A DNA stretch of 64,000 bases from Phycisphaerales bacterium (lineage in GTDB: Bacteria; Planctomycetota; Phycisphaerae; SM23-33; FEN-1343). A program made the position numbers and the translations under genes. The stretch spans positions 6,739 to 70,738 of the forward strand of contig PMYD01000085.1 in NCBI GenBank assembly GCA_003171335.1, written 5' to 3'. Below the pieces are notes generated by a model that saw nothing but the letters and a program-made list of their open reading frames with translations, was not told the DNA's origin and made no database searches. Of this stretch, positions 46,288 to 55,439 are shown piece by piece. Positions within the stretch are counted from its first letter, which is position 1. Each line of letters begins with the position of its first letter.

Positions 46288-47145
46288 GTGGAAACGCCCG
46301 CGCCGAGTGAAGGTGACCGCCGGCCTGTCGGCCTGATCGCCGGCGGCGGGCGGCTGCCGTTCCTGGTGGCCGAGGGCGTCAAGAACGCGGGTAAGCAATT
46401 GGCGGTCGTGGGCCTGCGAGGCAGCGTCGACATGGGACTGCGCAAACTGGCCGATCGCTTCAGCACCGCCGGCGTGGCACGCTGGAACACAATTATCCGC
46501 CTGATGCGGCGGTGGGGCGTGCGCCGGGCGGTCATGGTCGGCCACGTGGCCAAGGAATCCATGTACACACCGGGGCGGCTGCTGCAGTTCCTGCCGGACA
46601 TCCGCACCGCCAAAATGTGGTACCTCACGCTGCGCAAGGACCGGCGCGATGGCAAGCTGCTGACCACGGTGGCCGACGAGCTTTCCTCCGAGGGCATCGA
46701 GCTGATCTCCTCCGTGGCCTACTGTGCTGAGCACCTGGCCCACGAGGGCGTGATGACCCGCACGGCGCCCTCGGCGGCCTCGCTGGCCGATGCCCAATTC
46801 GGCTGGAACCTCGCCCGCCAGAGCGCCGAGCTTGATATCGGCCAGGCCATTGCCGTCAAAGAGCGCGACATCATCGCCGTCGAGGCCATGGAGGGGACAG
46901 ACCGCATGATCGAGCGGGCCGGGCAGCTCTGCCGCCGCGGCGGCTGGACGCTGATAAAGGTGGCCCGCCCCCGGCAGGACATGCGCTTTGATGTGCCCAC
47001 CGTCGGCCCTTCTACCATCCGCCGCCTGCGCATGGCTGGCGGGGCCTGCCTGGTGGTCGAGGCCGGGCGGACGATCATCGTGGATAAGCCTACGACGCTG
47101 GAACTGGCCGATCAGTACCGAATACCTGTGCTGGGGATGAAGTAG
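46288..47145 (+). CDS. lpxI: UDP-2,3-diacylglucosamine pyrophosphatase LpxI (DUF1009 family)
   Basis: VGLIAGGGRLPFLVAEGVK...VMVGHVAKESMY...DIGQAIAVKERDIIAVEAMEGTDRMIERAG. GTG 46288 comes right after the lpxD stop; the tracked ORF start 46072 lies inside lpxD. Confidence 0.8.
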   Translation: METPAPSEGDRRPVGLIAGGGRLPFLVAEGVKNAGKQLAVVGLRGSVDMGLRKLADRFSTAGVARWNTIIRLMRRWGVRRAVMVGHVAKESMYTPGRLLQFLPDIRTAKMWYLTLRKDRRDGKLLTTVADELSSEGIELISSVAYCAEHLAHEGVMTRTAPSAASLADAQFGWNLARQSAELDIGQAIAVKERDIIAVEAMEGTDRMIERAGQLCRRGGWTLIKVARPRQDMRFDVPTVGPSTIRRLRMAGGACLVVEAGRTIIVDKPTTLELADQYRIPVLGMK

Positions 47146-47555
47146 AGGCAAGACGGGCCTCTTGCCAGCGAGATTCACGACTCTCCAAGCGTCAATCGCC
47201 CTTCTTGACGGGTCTTGCCGAATTGCCGTAAGTGCCACTCTTGTGCGGCCGCCCGGTCCCTCAAAGAGCCTAAGGTTTTTCCCATTTTGGCCCCGGAGTT
47301 TTCCGATTTGTTCCGTCTGTAGGGGCAATTGGAGTGTACTTAGCAGATTTTTTTCAGAATTGCGCATCGGGAGTGCCAGTTTCGTGTGCGTCCTTAATAA
47401 GGAGAGGCACTTTTTTTCCCGCGAGCACTTACAGAACACCGCAGAGGCGCCGGCCATTCGCCTTGGTAGCGGAGTGAACAACCCAAAGGGGCTATTCAGG
47501 TTCTGAGACTGCCGGAGGGACTAGAAGCTGGGGTTCCGGTGCCCAAAGTTGGGAT

Positions 47556-47795
47556 TCAGGCGCCTGGACTTTGCGTTTGCTTGGAAAGCGGGGCTTCGGA
47601 TTTCGCGTTTCGTCCCGTGTGCAGCCTGGCGGCCAGCAGGATGTGTTTGAGGCGTTCTTCGGTGCACTGGGCGAGAAAGTCCTGCGAAAAATCCAGCGGA
47701 AACGCCAGGGCCAACTGATGGAGCGCCTCGACGACTTCCACCCGGCCCATCTCCTGCACTTGCCGGACAATCTCTTCCAACGTTTCTTCGGGCAT
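47556..47795 (-). CDS. Small hypothetical protein (79 aa)
   Basis: MPEETLEEIVRQVQEMGRVEVVEALHQLALAFPLDFSQDFLAQCTEERLKHILLAARLH... Third positions are mostly G/C. I see no recognisable family. Confidence 0.4.
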   Translation of the reverse strand: MPEETLEEIVRQVQEMGRVEVVEALHQLALAFPLDFSQDFLAQCTEERLKHILLAARLHTGRNAKSEAPLSKQTQSPGA

Positions 47796-48056
47796 AGTCC
47801 TTGGCCTTTAAGGTCTTCCCTGAGAAAGATATCGGATATCATAGCACGAGCCATTGGCATAATTATCGGTGTCTATTAGCATTGTGTTAAAGATATCTGC
47901 GCCAGGGAGCGATGGGATGAACCTGTGCAGAAGGTGTGGATAACTGCCCCTGCAGAGCAGTAATGTGAATCCTTAGCATCACTTGCCATGGTAGAGGCGA
48001 TTTCGGTACTTGTGAGTAGTTGCTGATAACCCAGTTATCTGGCGACCCTGATAGGC

Positions 48057-49130
48057 GTGAGTAAATTGCTTAGGACACAGGATTTCTCTTACGACCTTCC
48101 CGAGGCTCTGATTGCCCAGGCCCCGGCCCACGAGCGCCAGTCAAGCCGGCTCTTGCACCTGGTTCGCCGGGATAACCGGCTGGCGGACCGGGCCTTCTGC
48201 GACCTGCCCGAGCTGCTTCGGCCGGGCGATTTGCTGGTGCTCAACGACACGCGAGTGGTGCCGGCGCGATTCTTCGCCCGCCGGTCCAGCGGCGGCAGGA
48301 TCGAGGGGCTGTTTCTCCACGTGGAGCCCGAGGGCGCCTGGCGGGTGATGCTTCGCGGCGCCCACCGCTGCCGCGAGGGCCAGAAGCTCACGCTGGATGC
48401 GATGTACGAGGTGATGCTCGTTCGCCGTCTGGAGGATGGGCATTGGCTGGTACGTCCCGAGCCGCCGGCCGCGCCGGCCGAGGTGCTGGCCCGCGTGGGC
48501 CAGGTGCCGCTGCCGCACTATATCCGCCGGCCGGCGGGGCACGTGGAGCCCGCCGTCGAGCAAACCGACCGCCAGCGATATCAGACGGTGTATGCCCGCG
48601 TCGATGGCGCTGTGGCCGCACCGACGGCGGGGTTGCATTTCACGCCCGAACTGCTGGCCGAACTGTCGCGGCGCGGCGTGCACCAGGCGTTTGTCACGCT
48701 GCACGTGGGGCCGGGCACCTTCCAGCCCGTCAAGGCCGACACGCTCGCCGAGCACCGCATGCACAGCGAGTGGTACGAGCTGCCGGCCGCGACCGTGGAG
48801 CAGATCACCCAGACCCGGCGTGCCGACGGCCGGGTCGTCGCCGTGGGCACCACGGCGGTGCGAGTTCTGGAGTCGTCGGCCCGCCGCGGCCCGTTGGCGG
48901 CTCATTGCGGCTGGACGGACCTCTTCCTCTACCCGCCGGCCGACTTCGCCGTGGTCGATGCCCTGATCACCAATTTCCACCTGCCCTCCAGCACGCTGTT
49001 GATGCTCGTGGCGGCCTTCTGCTCGCCCGGTCTTACCGACGGCCGCGAGCAGATTCTCGCCGCATATCGGCACGCGGTGGAGCAGGGGTACCGGTTCTAT
49101 TCGTACGGCGATGCGATGCTGATCGAGTAG
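48057..49130 (+). CDS. queA: S-adenosylmethionine:tRNA ribosyltransferase-isomerase
   Basis: FSYDLPEALIAQAPAHERQSSRLL...LNDTRVVPARF...YQTVYA...GAVAAPTAGLHFT...VGTTAVRVLES...LITNFHLPSSTLLMLV...YRFYSYGDAMLI. Confidence 0.95.
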   Translation: MSKLLRTQDFSYDLPEALIAQAPAHERQSSRLLHLVRRDNRLADRAFCDLPELLRPGDLLVLNDTRVVPARFFARRSSGGRIEGLFLHVEPEGAWRVMLRGAHRCREGQKLTLDAMYEVMLVRRLEDGHWLVRPEPPAAPAEVLARVGQVPLPHYIRRPAGHVEPAVEQTDRQRYQTVYARVDGAVAAPTAGLHFTPELLAELSRRGVHQAFVTLHVGPGTFQPVKADTLAEHRMHSEWYELPAATVEQITQTRRADGRVVAVGTTAVRVLESSARRGPLAAHCGWTDLFLYPPADFAVVDALITNFHLPSSTLLMLVAAFCSPGLTDGREQILAAYRHAVEQGYRFYSYGDAMLIE

Positions 49131-49167
49131 GTAGTAGGTCAGGGGCGGGTGTCGTGGAGGAAAGCTT

Positions 49168-49323
49168 GGGTGCCGTGGCTGCATCTTTTTGCAGCCACGT
49201 GTCTTCAGAACGAGCTTACGAGGCCGAGTGCGGCGCGCCCATTTTTCGCAGCCGTGCTGGCGCGTGAGAAGAAGAGCAACCTCGGTGACGCGTGGCTGCA
49301 AGAAAACGCAGCCACGGCACCCA
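49168..49323. repeat. Inverted pair of the GGTGCCGTGGCTGC...GCAGCCACG hairpin family between convergent genes
   Basis: gggtgccgtggctgcatctttttgcagccacg (49168-49199) faces cgtggctgcaagaaaacgcagccacggcaccc (49290-49323). It belongs to the same family as 5149-5287. Confidence 0.8.
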
Positions 49324-49347
49324 ACTGCACGCACTCAGCCGCACGCC

Positions 49348-51540
49348 CTACGCGCGTTCTTCCAGCGCCGACCCGACGGATTCGATTCGGTACTGCGCTT
49401 CCTCGCCCCCCAGCTTGAGCGTGACGGTATCGCCGGGCGCGTGCCCCAGCATCACCTGGGCCAGCGGCGTGAGATAGTTGTAGATGTGCCGGCTCAGGTC
49501 GCCCTCCCACGGGCCTAAGAGGTCCAGAGTGAGGGGCTGGTTGGTGTCGAGCCGCAGCAGCCGCACGCGCGAGCCGATGCCGACGGAGTTGGTCGGTATC
49601 TCGTGCGCGCGGATGATGCGGGCGCGGGCGATCTCATCCTGCATCATGGCCACCTGGGCGCGCAGCAGGTCGCGCTCCTCGATGGCGAAGCGCCACTCGC
49701 TGTTCTCGCTCAAATCGCCGTGCTCGGCGGCAGCGCCGATGGCGCGGGCGTTCTCCAGCATCTTCACATCGGCCAGATGCTTCAATTCGGCCTGCCGGCG
49801 GCGCAGCGCCGCCTCGCTGGTCCAGATGGCCGTCTCATCCAGCCAGGGCAGAACCTTGGCCTTGGCGAACAGGGCGTAGAAGCTCTCGCTCAGGATCGTC
49901 CAGAGATTGTCTCGCACCGCTTCGGCCAGGCCATCTTCCACCTGGGCGATGAGGTTCTTGATCGTGGCGGCGACGGCCTCATCCATCTGCGCCACGGCGG
50001 CGCGATACGAGGCGTAGCTGGCGGCCGAAAGCGCCGAGCGGATCCGCTGGCGAATCTGCTTGAGCGTGTTGCGGTCCAGATCGTGATCCTTCTCGAACTG
50101 CCGCAGCAGGTCCAGCAGCCGGCGGAGCATTTCCACCTTGCCGGGTGCGCCGGCGGGCGGGGTGTCGGGCCCGGTCCAGAGCCACAGGTTGATCTCCAGC
50201 CGCTCCAGCGGCTGTGCGGCGGCCTCGGCGACGGCCTGGGCCACGGCGGCCTCGCCGGCCACGCGGGCAAGGCGCACGGCCACCTCGTCCAGCCGCTCGG
50301 CCGGGGCGGTTCGCATCAGCAGCGCCAGGTGTTCGGCGGCGCCGGCCCGCACGGCCAGGGCGTCGAGCGCCGCGGGCCACAGCGAGGCATCGCTCAACTC
50401 GCGCACGGCCAGGGCCGGGTCGACAGCGCCGGCCAGGATGGATTCGGGGGTAGGAAACGCCCGCTGCGGCGCCGGCAGGCCCAGGTTCGCCGCTGCCGCG
50501 ATGGCCAGGCTGGCGGCCAGGGCATCGCCGGGGCTGCGGGCGCGGAAGGTTTCGGCCTGTTCGGCAAGCGAATTGACGAGCGGCTGCGCGAAGGCCGGAT
50601 CGATCTTCAGCTTTCGCCCCTGCGCCTCGCGGGCGTACCGGCGCAGCACCTCCAGCCGCTCCAGCGGCATGGTGGCGGCGGCGGCGGGGGCGGCCATTTC
50701 CTCTTCCAGCGTCCGCCCGGCGGGGTGATAGCTCACGACGATGGGCCGGCCTTCCAGGCTGAGCTGCTCGTTGCGCTTGGCGGCGGTGCGGGCCTTGCTC
50801 CACCAGGTGGACCACTGGTCCTTGGTGAGATACGCGGGCACCAGCTTGTCGCGCAGGGCGTTGGCGTCGATCCGTCCGCCGGCGGCAATGCACAGCGCCT
50901 TGAGCGTGCCGGCCGGGTCCTCCTCCAGCATGGCGCGGACCGCCTCGGGCTTGTGCTGGGCCAGGACGCGGAAATCGTCCTTTTCCACCCGCTCAAACTC
51001 ATCGGCGAGTTCCTTGGGCTCGATTCGGCGGACCTGGCCCTGGGCATCGGCGATCTCGAACTCCCCCAGCGCCGCCTGGTAGCCGCGAACCTGCACGGAC
51101 TGGTGGTCGAAGCGGTTGACCAGGTAGTCCTCCGCGCTCAGCCGCAGGCAGGTCTCCAGCGTGCGGAAGGCCCGCTTGGGCGATTGGCCGGAGATGAGCC
51201 CCGAGGCCCGCAGCAAGGCGTCAAAGTGCGGGTGCTGCGAATAGTGCTTTCGATAAAGCTGGGCCGCCTGGCTGCGCAGCTCATCGCTGACCTGCACGGC
51301 GGTGACCACCGCCTGGGCCAGCGAGAGCAGCTTCTCGCCCGCCAGGCTGCTGCCGCGGTCTTCCAGCAGGGCCCAGCCGAGCGTCTCGGCGGAATTGAGC
51401 TGGCCGGCGGCGACCAGCGCCTCCAGCACGCGGCCCAGGTCCTCCTGGGCCATGCCTTCCTCGATCGCCACAATCCACGCGGCCTCCAGCTCCTGCACCT
51501 GGCTAAGGGAGACCATTTCGAGCATTTGTTCAAGCTTCAT
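49348..51540 (-). CDS. 730-aa protein with a complete C-terminal GreA-type module and a ~570-aa N-terminal helical extension
   Basis: The C-terminus is AAEHGDLSENSEWRFAIEERDLLRAQVAMMQDEI (GreA coiled-coil tip with acidic residues) followed by VGIGSRVRLL...GDTVTLKLGGEEAQYRIESV (GreA C-terminal domain). The start is at MKLEQM (51540), because the tracked N-terminus translates a repeat. Confidence 0.75.
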   Translation of the reverse strand: MKLEQMLEMVSLSQVQELEAAWIVAIEEGMAQEDLGRVLEALVAAGQLNSAETLGWALLEDRGSSLAGEKLLSLAQAVVTAVQVSDELRSQAAQLYRKHYSQHPHFDALLRASGLISGQSPKRAFRTLETCLRLSAEDYLVNRFDHQSVQVRGYQAALGEFEIADAQGQVRRIEPKELADEFERVEKDDFRVLAQHKPEAVRAMLEEDPAGTLKALCIAAGGRIDANALRDKLVPAYLTKDQWSTWWSKARTAAKRNEQLSLEGRPIVVSYHPAGRTLEEEMAAPAAAATMPLERLEVLRRYAREAQGRKLKIDPAFAQPLVNSLAEQAETFRARSPGDALAASLAIAAAANLGLPAPQRAFPTPESILAGAVDPALAVRELSDASLWPAALDALAVRAGAAEHLALLMRTAPAERLDEVAVRLARVAGEAAVAQAVAEAAAQPLERLEINLWLWTGPDTPPAGAPGKVEMLRRLLDLLRQFEKDHDLDRNTLKQIRQRIRSALSAASYASYRAAVAQMDEAVAATIKNLIAQVEDGLAEAVRDNLWTILSESFYALFAKAKVLPWLDETAIWTSEAALRRRQAELKHLADVKMLENARAIGAAAEHGDLSENSEWRFAIEERDLLRAQVAMMQDEIARARIIRAHEIPTNSVGIGSRVRLLRLDTNQPLTLDLLGPWEGDLSRHIYNYLTPLAQVMLGHAPGDTVTLKLGGEEAQYRIESVGSALEERA

Positions 51541-51561
51541 AAGTTCTTCCCGAAAACGAGG

Positions 51562-51738
51562 GCACAAAAGAAGAGAACAGCGTAACACAAAGACCACAAA
51601 GATCACAAAGATCACGAAGAAAGAATTGAGTTTGAGGCCCCAGAGGGACGTAACACCTGAGGGGCCTCTACCGTCTTCTTACTTTGTGTTCTTCGTGTTC
51701 TTTGTGATCTTTGTGTCCGCCGTTCTCTTGTTACGTGC
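51562..51738. repeat. Large palindrome with AAAGACCAC/AAAGATCAC arms and a central GC hairpin (family of 1679..1830)
   Basis: Arms ...aacacaaagaccacaaagatcacaaagatcacgaagaaag... and ...ctttgtgttcttcgtgttctttgtgatctttgtg..., with centre gaggcccc-N17-ggggcctc. It lies between tyrS and the GreA-module gene (same strand). Confidence 0.85.
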
Positions 51739-52950
51739 CTACTGCAACGTAATTCGGCCAAACCGCCGCTTGCCGACGCGCAGCACCTGGCCGTCGCGCA
51801 GCTCGACCGAGGCGTTGATGTCGGCGATGGCCTGGTCATCCAGTGAAACGGCGTTCTGCTGCACCAGGCGCTTGGCCTCGCCGCGCGATTTGGCAAAGCC
51901 GGTTTTTTCGATCAGGTCGATGATATTTAGCGCGCCCGTCGCTACCGCGATCTCGGGCATTTCCGCCGGCACCTCGCGCTGCGAGAAGACGCGGATGAAC
52001 TCCTCCGCCGCGGCGGCGGCCGCCCCCTCGCCGTGAAAGGCCGCGACGATGCGCTTACCCAGCTCGATCTTCGCATCGCGCGGGTGCGTTCGGCGCGAAT
52101 CCAGCAGGGCGTCGATCTTGGGCCGCGGCAGCTCCGTCAGCAGCGTGAAATAGTTGTCCATGAGCTTGTCGGGAATGCTCATGGCCTTGCCGAACATGTC
52201 CTTGGGCGTGTCGGTGATGGCGATGTAGTTGCCCTTGCTCTTGGACATCTTCATCTCGCCATCGAGCCCCACCAGGATGGGCATGATGACGACAATCTGC
52301 GACGGCTGGCCGGCGTTGGCTTGAAGCTGGCGGCCGACGAGGTTGTTGAAGGTCTGGTCCGTGCCGCCCAGTTCCACATCCGCCTGGATGCACACGCTGT
52401 CGTAGCCCTGCATCAGCGGGTAGAGGAACTCGTGCACGCCGATGGGCACGCCGGCCTTGTACCGCAGCTCGAACGTGTCGCGCTCCAGCATGCGGGCCAC
52501 GGTCATCTGGGCGGTCAGGCGGATGACATCGGCGAAGGACAGCTTGGCCAGCCACTCGCCGTTGTAGCGGATTTCCAGCCGTGAGGGGTCGGTATCCAGC
52601 ACTTTCCCGGCCTGCTCGAAATACGTGCGGGCGTTGGCCTGGATCTGCTCATCCGTGAGGATCGGCCGCGTGGTGTTCTGGCCGGAGGGGTCGCCCACGC
52701 GGGCGGTGTAATCGCCGATGATGAGCACGGCCTTGTGGCCCAGGTCCTGGAACTGCCGCATCTTGCGCAGCACCACCGTGTGCCCCAGGTGGATATCCGG
52801 GGCCGTGGGGTCCATGCCCAGCTTGACGCGAAGCTGTTTTCCACCCTTGGCCGCCGCCTGGCGCAGCCGCTCGGCGAGTTCGGCCACGTTGTAAATGGCC
52901 TCGGTGCCGCGCGAAAGCAGCTCGATTTGTTGTTCGATTGACTCTACCAT
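51739..52950 (-). CDS. tyrS: Tyrosine--tRNA ligase
   Basis: PTAPDIHLGHTVVLRKMRQFQDLGH (HIGH region), KMSKSKGN (KMSKS) and a C-terminal S4-like RLVQQNAVSLDDQ. Confidence 0.95.
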   Translation of the reverse strand: MVESIEQQIELLSRGTEAIYNVAELAERLRQAAAKGGKQLRVKLGMDPTAPDIHLGHTVVLRKMRQFQDLGHKAVLIIGDYTARVGDPSGQNTTRPILTDEQIQANARTYFEQAGKVLDTDPSRLEIRYNGEWLAKLSFADVIRLTAQMTVARMLERDTFELRYKAGVPIGVHEFLYPLMQGYDSVCIQADVELGGTDQTFNNLVGRQLQANAGQPSQIVVIMPILVGLDGEMKMSKSKGNYIAITDTPKDMFGKAMSIPDKLMDNYFTLLTELPRPKIDALLDSRRTHPRDAKIELGKRIVAAFHGEGAAAAAAEEFIRVFSQREVPAEMPEIAVATGALNIIDLIEKTGFAKSRGEAKRLVQQNAVSLDDQAIADINASVELRDGQVLRVGKRRFGRITLQ

Positions 52951-53013
52951 AGTGGCGGATCAGTGTAGCCTGCCGGCGGGGGACCTGCAAGAAAGCGAAG
53001 GCCCTTCTTCGGG

Positions 53014-53110
53014 CCGGTTAACTGGTTAATCGGTTAACTGGTTAATCGGAAAGATCCTTGTTCTTGGCCTTTTCCAGTTAACTGATTAACCAATTAACCA
53101 ATTAACGATC
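53014..53110. repeat. Heptamer/octamer-repeat (GGTTAAC/GGTTAAT) palindrome
   Basis: ccggttaactggttaatcggttaactggttaatcgg faces ccagttaactgattaaccaattaaccaattaacg. A short related tract is at about 12301-12320. Confidence 0.8.
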
Positions 53111-53196
53111 TGTTCGACAATCTCTAGCCATGCACTTGCCCCGCCGATAGAATCGCTCTTCCGAATCGGTGGGGAGTCTTGTCGGAGGATTTCGCC

Positions 53197-54684
53197 GTGC
53201 AAACAAAAAGAGCGGTCTTCTTTGCAGCCTTCGCGGCGGCGGCGGCTTTACTAAACACCCTGGCCGGCTGCGCGCCGCCCGCGCAGCGCGTGCCGGGCGT
53301 GACCGTGCCGCACACGCCGGCCGAGCTGGTCGTCCAGCAGCATCTGGCGCCCAAGGCGTTCACCGTCGACCGAATCACCAAGGAGAATCTCGCCCGCGTG
53401 TGCGACCAGAAGCTGCCCAGCGACCAGCGGATCGCCAGCCTGACCGTGCTGGTGGCCGTCGATGGGCCCAGCGCCAAGAACCTGGCCATCCTGGCCGGCC
53501 TGATGAACAACCCCGCCACGCCGCCGGAGGCCCACCGCGCGCTGCTCCAGGTGCTGGCCGCCAAGGATTACGAGGGCATCGAGCCCTTAGTGATTCCCAC
53601 GTTCGTGCTGACGGGCGATGACGCCATGGCCACGACCCTGCGCGACTGGCTGACGCGGCACCGCAAAGCCGCCATGCTGGCCCCACTGGTCCGCGCCTGG
53701 GCGGATGCCGACCCCGCCGACGAGATCCGCCGCCAGCGTTATATCCAGGCCGTGGAGGCGGTAGCGGGCCGGCCGTGGCGCGAGGCCCTGCTCGAGGCGT
53801 TCAACGCGGCGAATTTCGACGCCCGCGGCTCGGCCTGGGAACTGCTGCTGCGCAATACCGACCGGCCCGAGCTGATCGAGCGGCTGGGCTCCACGCCGGC
53901 GGCGACGCCGGGCATGGCGGCCATCCAGTATTACCTTGGCCAGCTTGGCTACCTGCCGCGCGACCGCCAGGAACTGCTGCGGGCGGTGGTGGTCTTCAGC
54001 TCCATGCGGCCCGAGCTGGACCGCGCTGTGCCCGTGGCGCAAATCTGGGCAAAAGAGTGCGGCTACAGCTTCCACCCGCGCGATGTGCACCTCCTGGCCA
54101 ACTGGCGAGGCGAGCAATCGCCCCTGGCCAGCCAGGCCCAGGCCGGCGTGGTGAACATGTTTGAAGGCCCGGCCGCCTCCGCGCCCACCACGCGCCCGGC
54201 CGGCTGGAACCTCGAACCGGCGGCCTCCTCACCCGCCGGCCCGTTCGCCGCAGCCGTCCCGGTGCGGCTGAGCGTGGCCGATCGCATTCGCATGGTCGCG
54301 CTGGCCGACTGGCTGGGCCGCGGCGTCAACACCGATCGCCTGGCGGCCCTGGCGGCACTCCGGGGCAGCGAGCCGGCCGGCGGCCTGATCGTGTGCGGCC
54401 AGACCGGCCTGGGCACCATCTTCTACCCGTGCCCCCATTCGCGGCCGTTCGTGCCGTCCGAAGACATGATCCGCGCCAGCCGCGACTGCGTGGCCTGGCT
54501 CATTGTAGAGCCGCGCGCGCTTCCGGCGGGCCAGGAGGTCGGCCCGGCCCTGGGCGACCCGCAGGCACGCCTCCGCGACTGCCCGGCCCTGCTCATCATC
54601 CGCCAGGGCAACGAGTTGCACGCCATGTACTGGACCCCCGGCGCGGCCCAGTGCGTGGAGTTGGCCAAGGCGGCGTGCAAGTAG
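53197..54684 (+). CDS. Hypothetical lipoprotein (about 495 aa)
   Basis: From GTG 53197 (GGAGG 8 nt upstream): VQTKRAVFFAAFAAAAALLNTLAGCAPP. The rest is helical, with no recognised domain. Confidence 0.6.
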   Translation: MQTKRAVFFAAFAAAAALLNTLAGCAPPAQRVPGVTVPHTPAELVVQQHLAPKAFTVDRITKENLARVCDQKLPSDQRIASLTVLVAVDGPSAKNLAILAGLMNNPATPPEAHRALLQVLAAKDYEGIEPLVIPTFVLTGDDAMATTLRDWLTRHRKAAMLAPLVRAWADADPADEIRRQRYIQAVEAVAGRPWREALLEAFNAANFDARGSAWELLLRNTDRPELIERLGSTPAATPGMAAIQYYLGQLGYLPRDRQELLRAVVVFSSMRPELDRAVPVAQIWAKECGYSFHPRDVHLLANWRGEQSPLASQAQAGVVNMFEGPAASAPTTRPAGWNLEPAASSPAGPFAAAVPVRLSVADRIRMVALADWLGRGVNTDRLAALAALRGSEPAGGLIVCGQTGLGTIFYPCPHSRPFVPSEDMIRASRDCVAWLIVEPRALPAGQEVGPALGDPQARLRDCPALLIIRQGNELHAMYWTPGAAQCVELAKAACK

Positions 54685-54742
54685 GGTGTGAAGCTTTGCT
54701 GCACACGGGACGGCTGCGCGGGAGATTCCTTTGCATGTGAAT

Positions 54743-54789
54743 GAAAAGGCGAATATCGAATATCGAACAAGGAATATCGAATATCGAAG
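54743..54789. repeat. Left 47-bp inverted repeat (GAATATC heptamer type) flanking the PD-(D/E)xK gene
   Basis: gaaaaggcgaatatcgaatatcgaacaaggaatatcgaatatcgaag. By hand alignment it matches the reverse complement of 55440-55486 at 44 of 47 positions. Confidence 0.85.
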
Positions 54790-54842
54790 TGAAGAAGAAC
54801 GCGGCGCCTTGACTTCATGTCGCTCCGGTAGAGGCTGGCAGA

Positions 54843-55412
54843 ATGGATGCATTTGAGGAAATCGTTGCCGGAATATTCGAAGGAATGGGCTATTGGGTTC
54901 GTAGGTCCTACAAAGTCCTCCTAACGAAAGAAGAGAAGCGGAAGATCAAGATTCCGACTAGCCCACGGTTGGAAATCGATCTTCTGGCGTATTTGCCAGG
55001 CAAGAAAGATCTTCGAGTCATTGAGTGCAAATCGTTTTTCAATTCTCGCGGCGTGTCCGCTTATTCATTATTTGGGGTCAACGCCAAACGTGGAAAGAAA
55101 TACAAGCTCTTCAATAACATTGAACTTCGAAGGGTCGTTTTTAACCGACTGGTGAAGCAATTGGCGGATGCTGGTGCTTGCCCACGAGATATTACGCCGG
55201 TGCTTTGGTTAGCCGCAGGAAAGATAAGGCAGGGAGACGAGGCAACTGTCCGCGAGGGGCTGCGCAGCATTGATTGCCAGATACTAACGCCAATGGAATT
55301 GGCAGATATGGTTCGAGAAGCGGCGGCTTCCCGTTACGAGAACAACATAGCCGTTATGGTTTCGAAGTTGCTGAAACAGGCGGGTTATTTGAAGAGCAAG
55401 GAAGAAGGCTGA
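54843..55412 (+). CDS. PD-(D/E)xK (restriction-endonuclease-like fold) nuclease-like protein, lower GC than its surroundings
   Basis: MDAFEEIVAGIFEGMGYWV (helix with Glu), ...RLEIDLLAYLPGKKDLRVIECKSF gives the D...E.K arrangement typical of Hjc/NucS/Mrr-like nucleases. 189 aa. Confidence 0.6.
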   Translation: MDAFEEIVAGIFEGMGYWVRRSYKVLLTKEEKRKIKIPTSPRLEIDLLAYLPGKKDLRVIECKSFFNSRGVSAYSLFGVNAKRGKKYKLFNNIELRRVVFNRLVKQLADAGACPRDITPVLWLAAGKIRQGDEATVREGLRSIDCQILTPMELADMVREAAASRYENNIAVMVSKLLKQAGYLKSKEEG

Positions 55413-55439
55413 CAGTCAGCAAGGGCGTGGGAGTCTTAA

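Noticed and set aside
47935-47943. Perfect DnaA box TGTGGATAA in an AT-richer intergenic region upstream of queA, considered as a possible oriC.
   Set aside because: There is only one consensus box. I found no cluster of boxes, no dnaA/dnaN nearby and no clear DNA-unwinding element. A single 9-mer can occur by chance.
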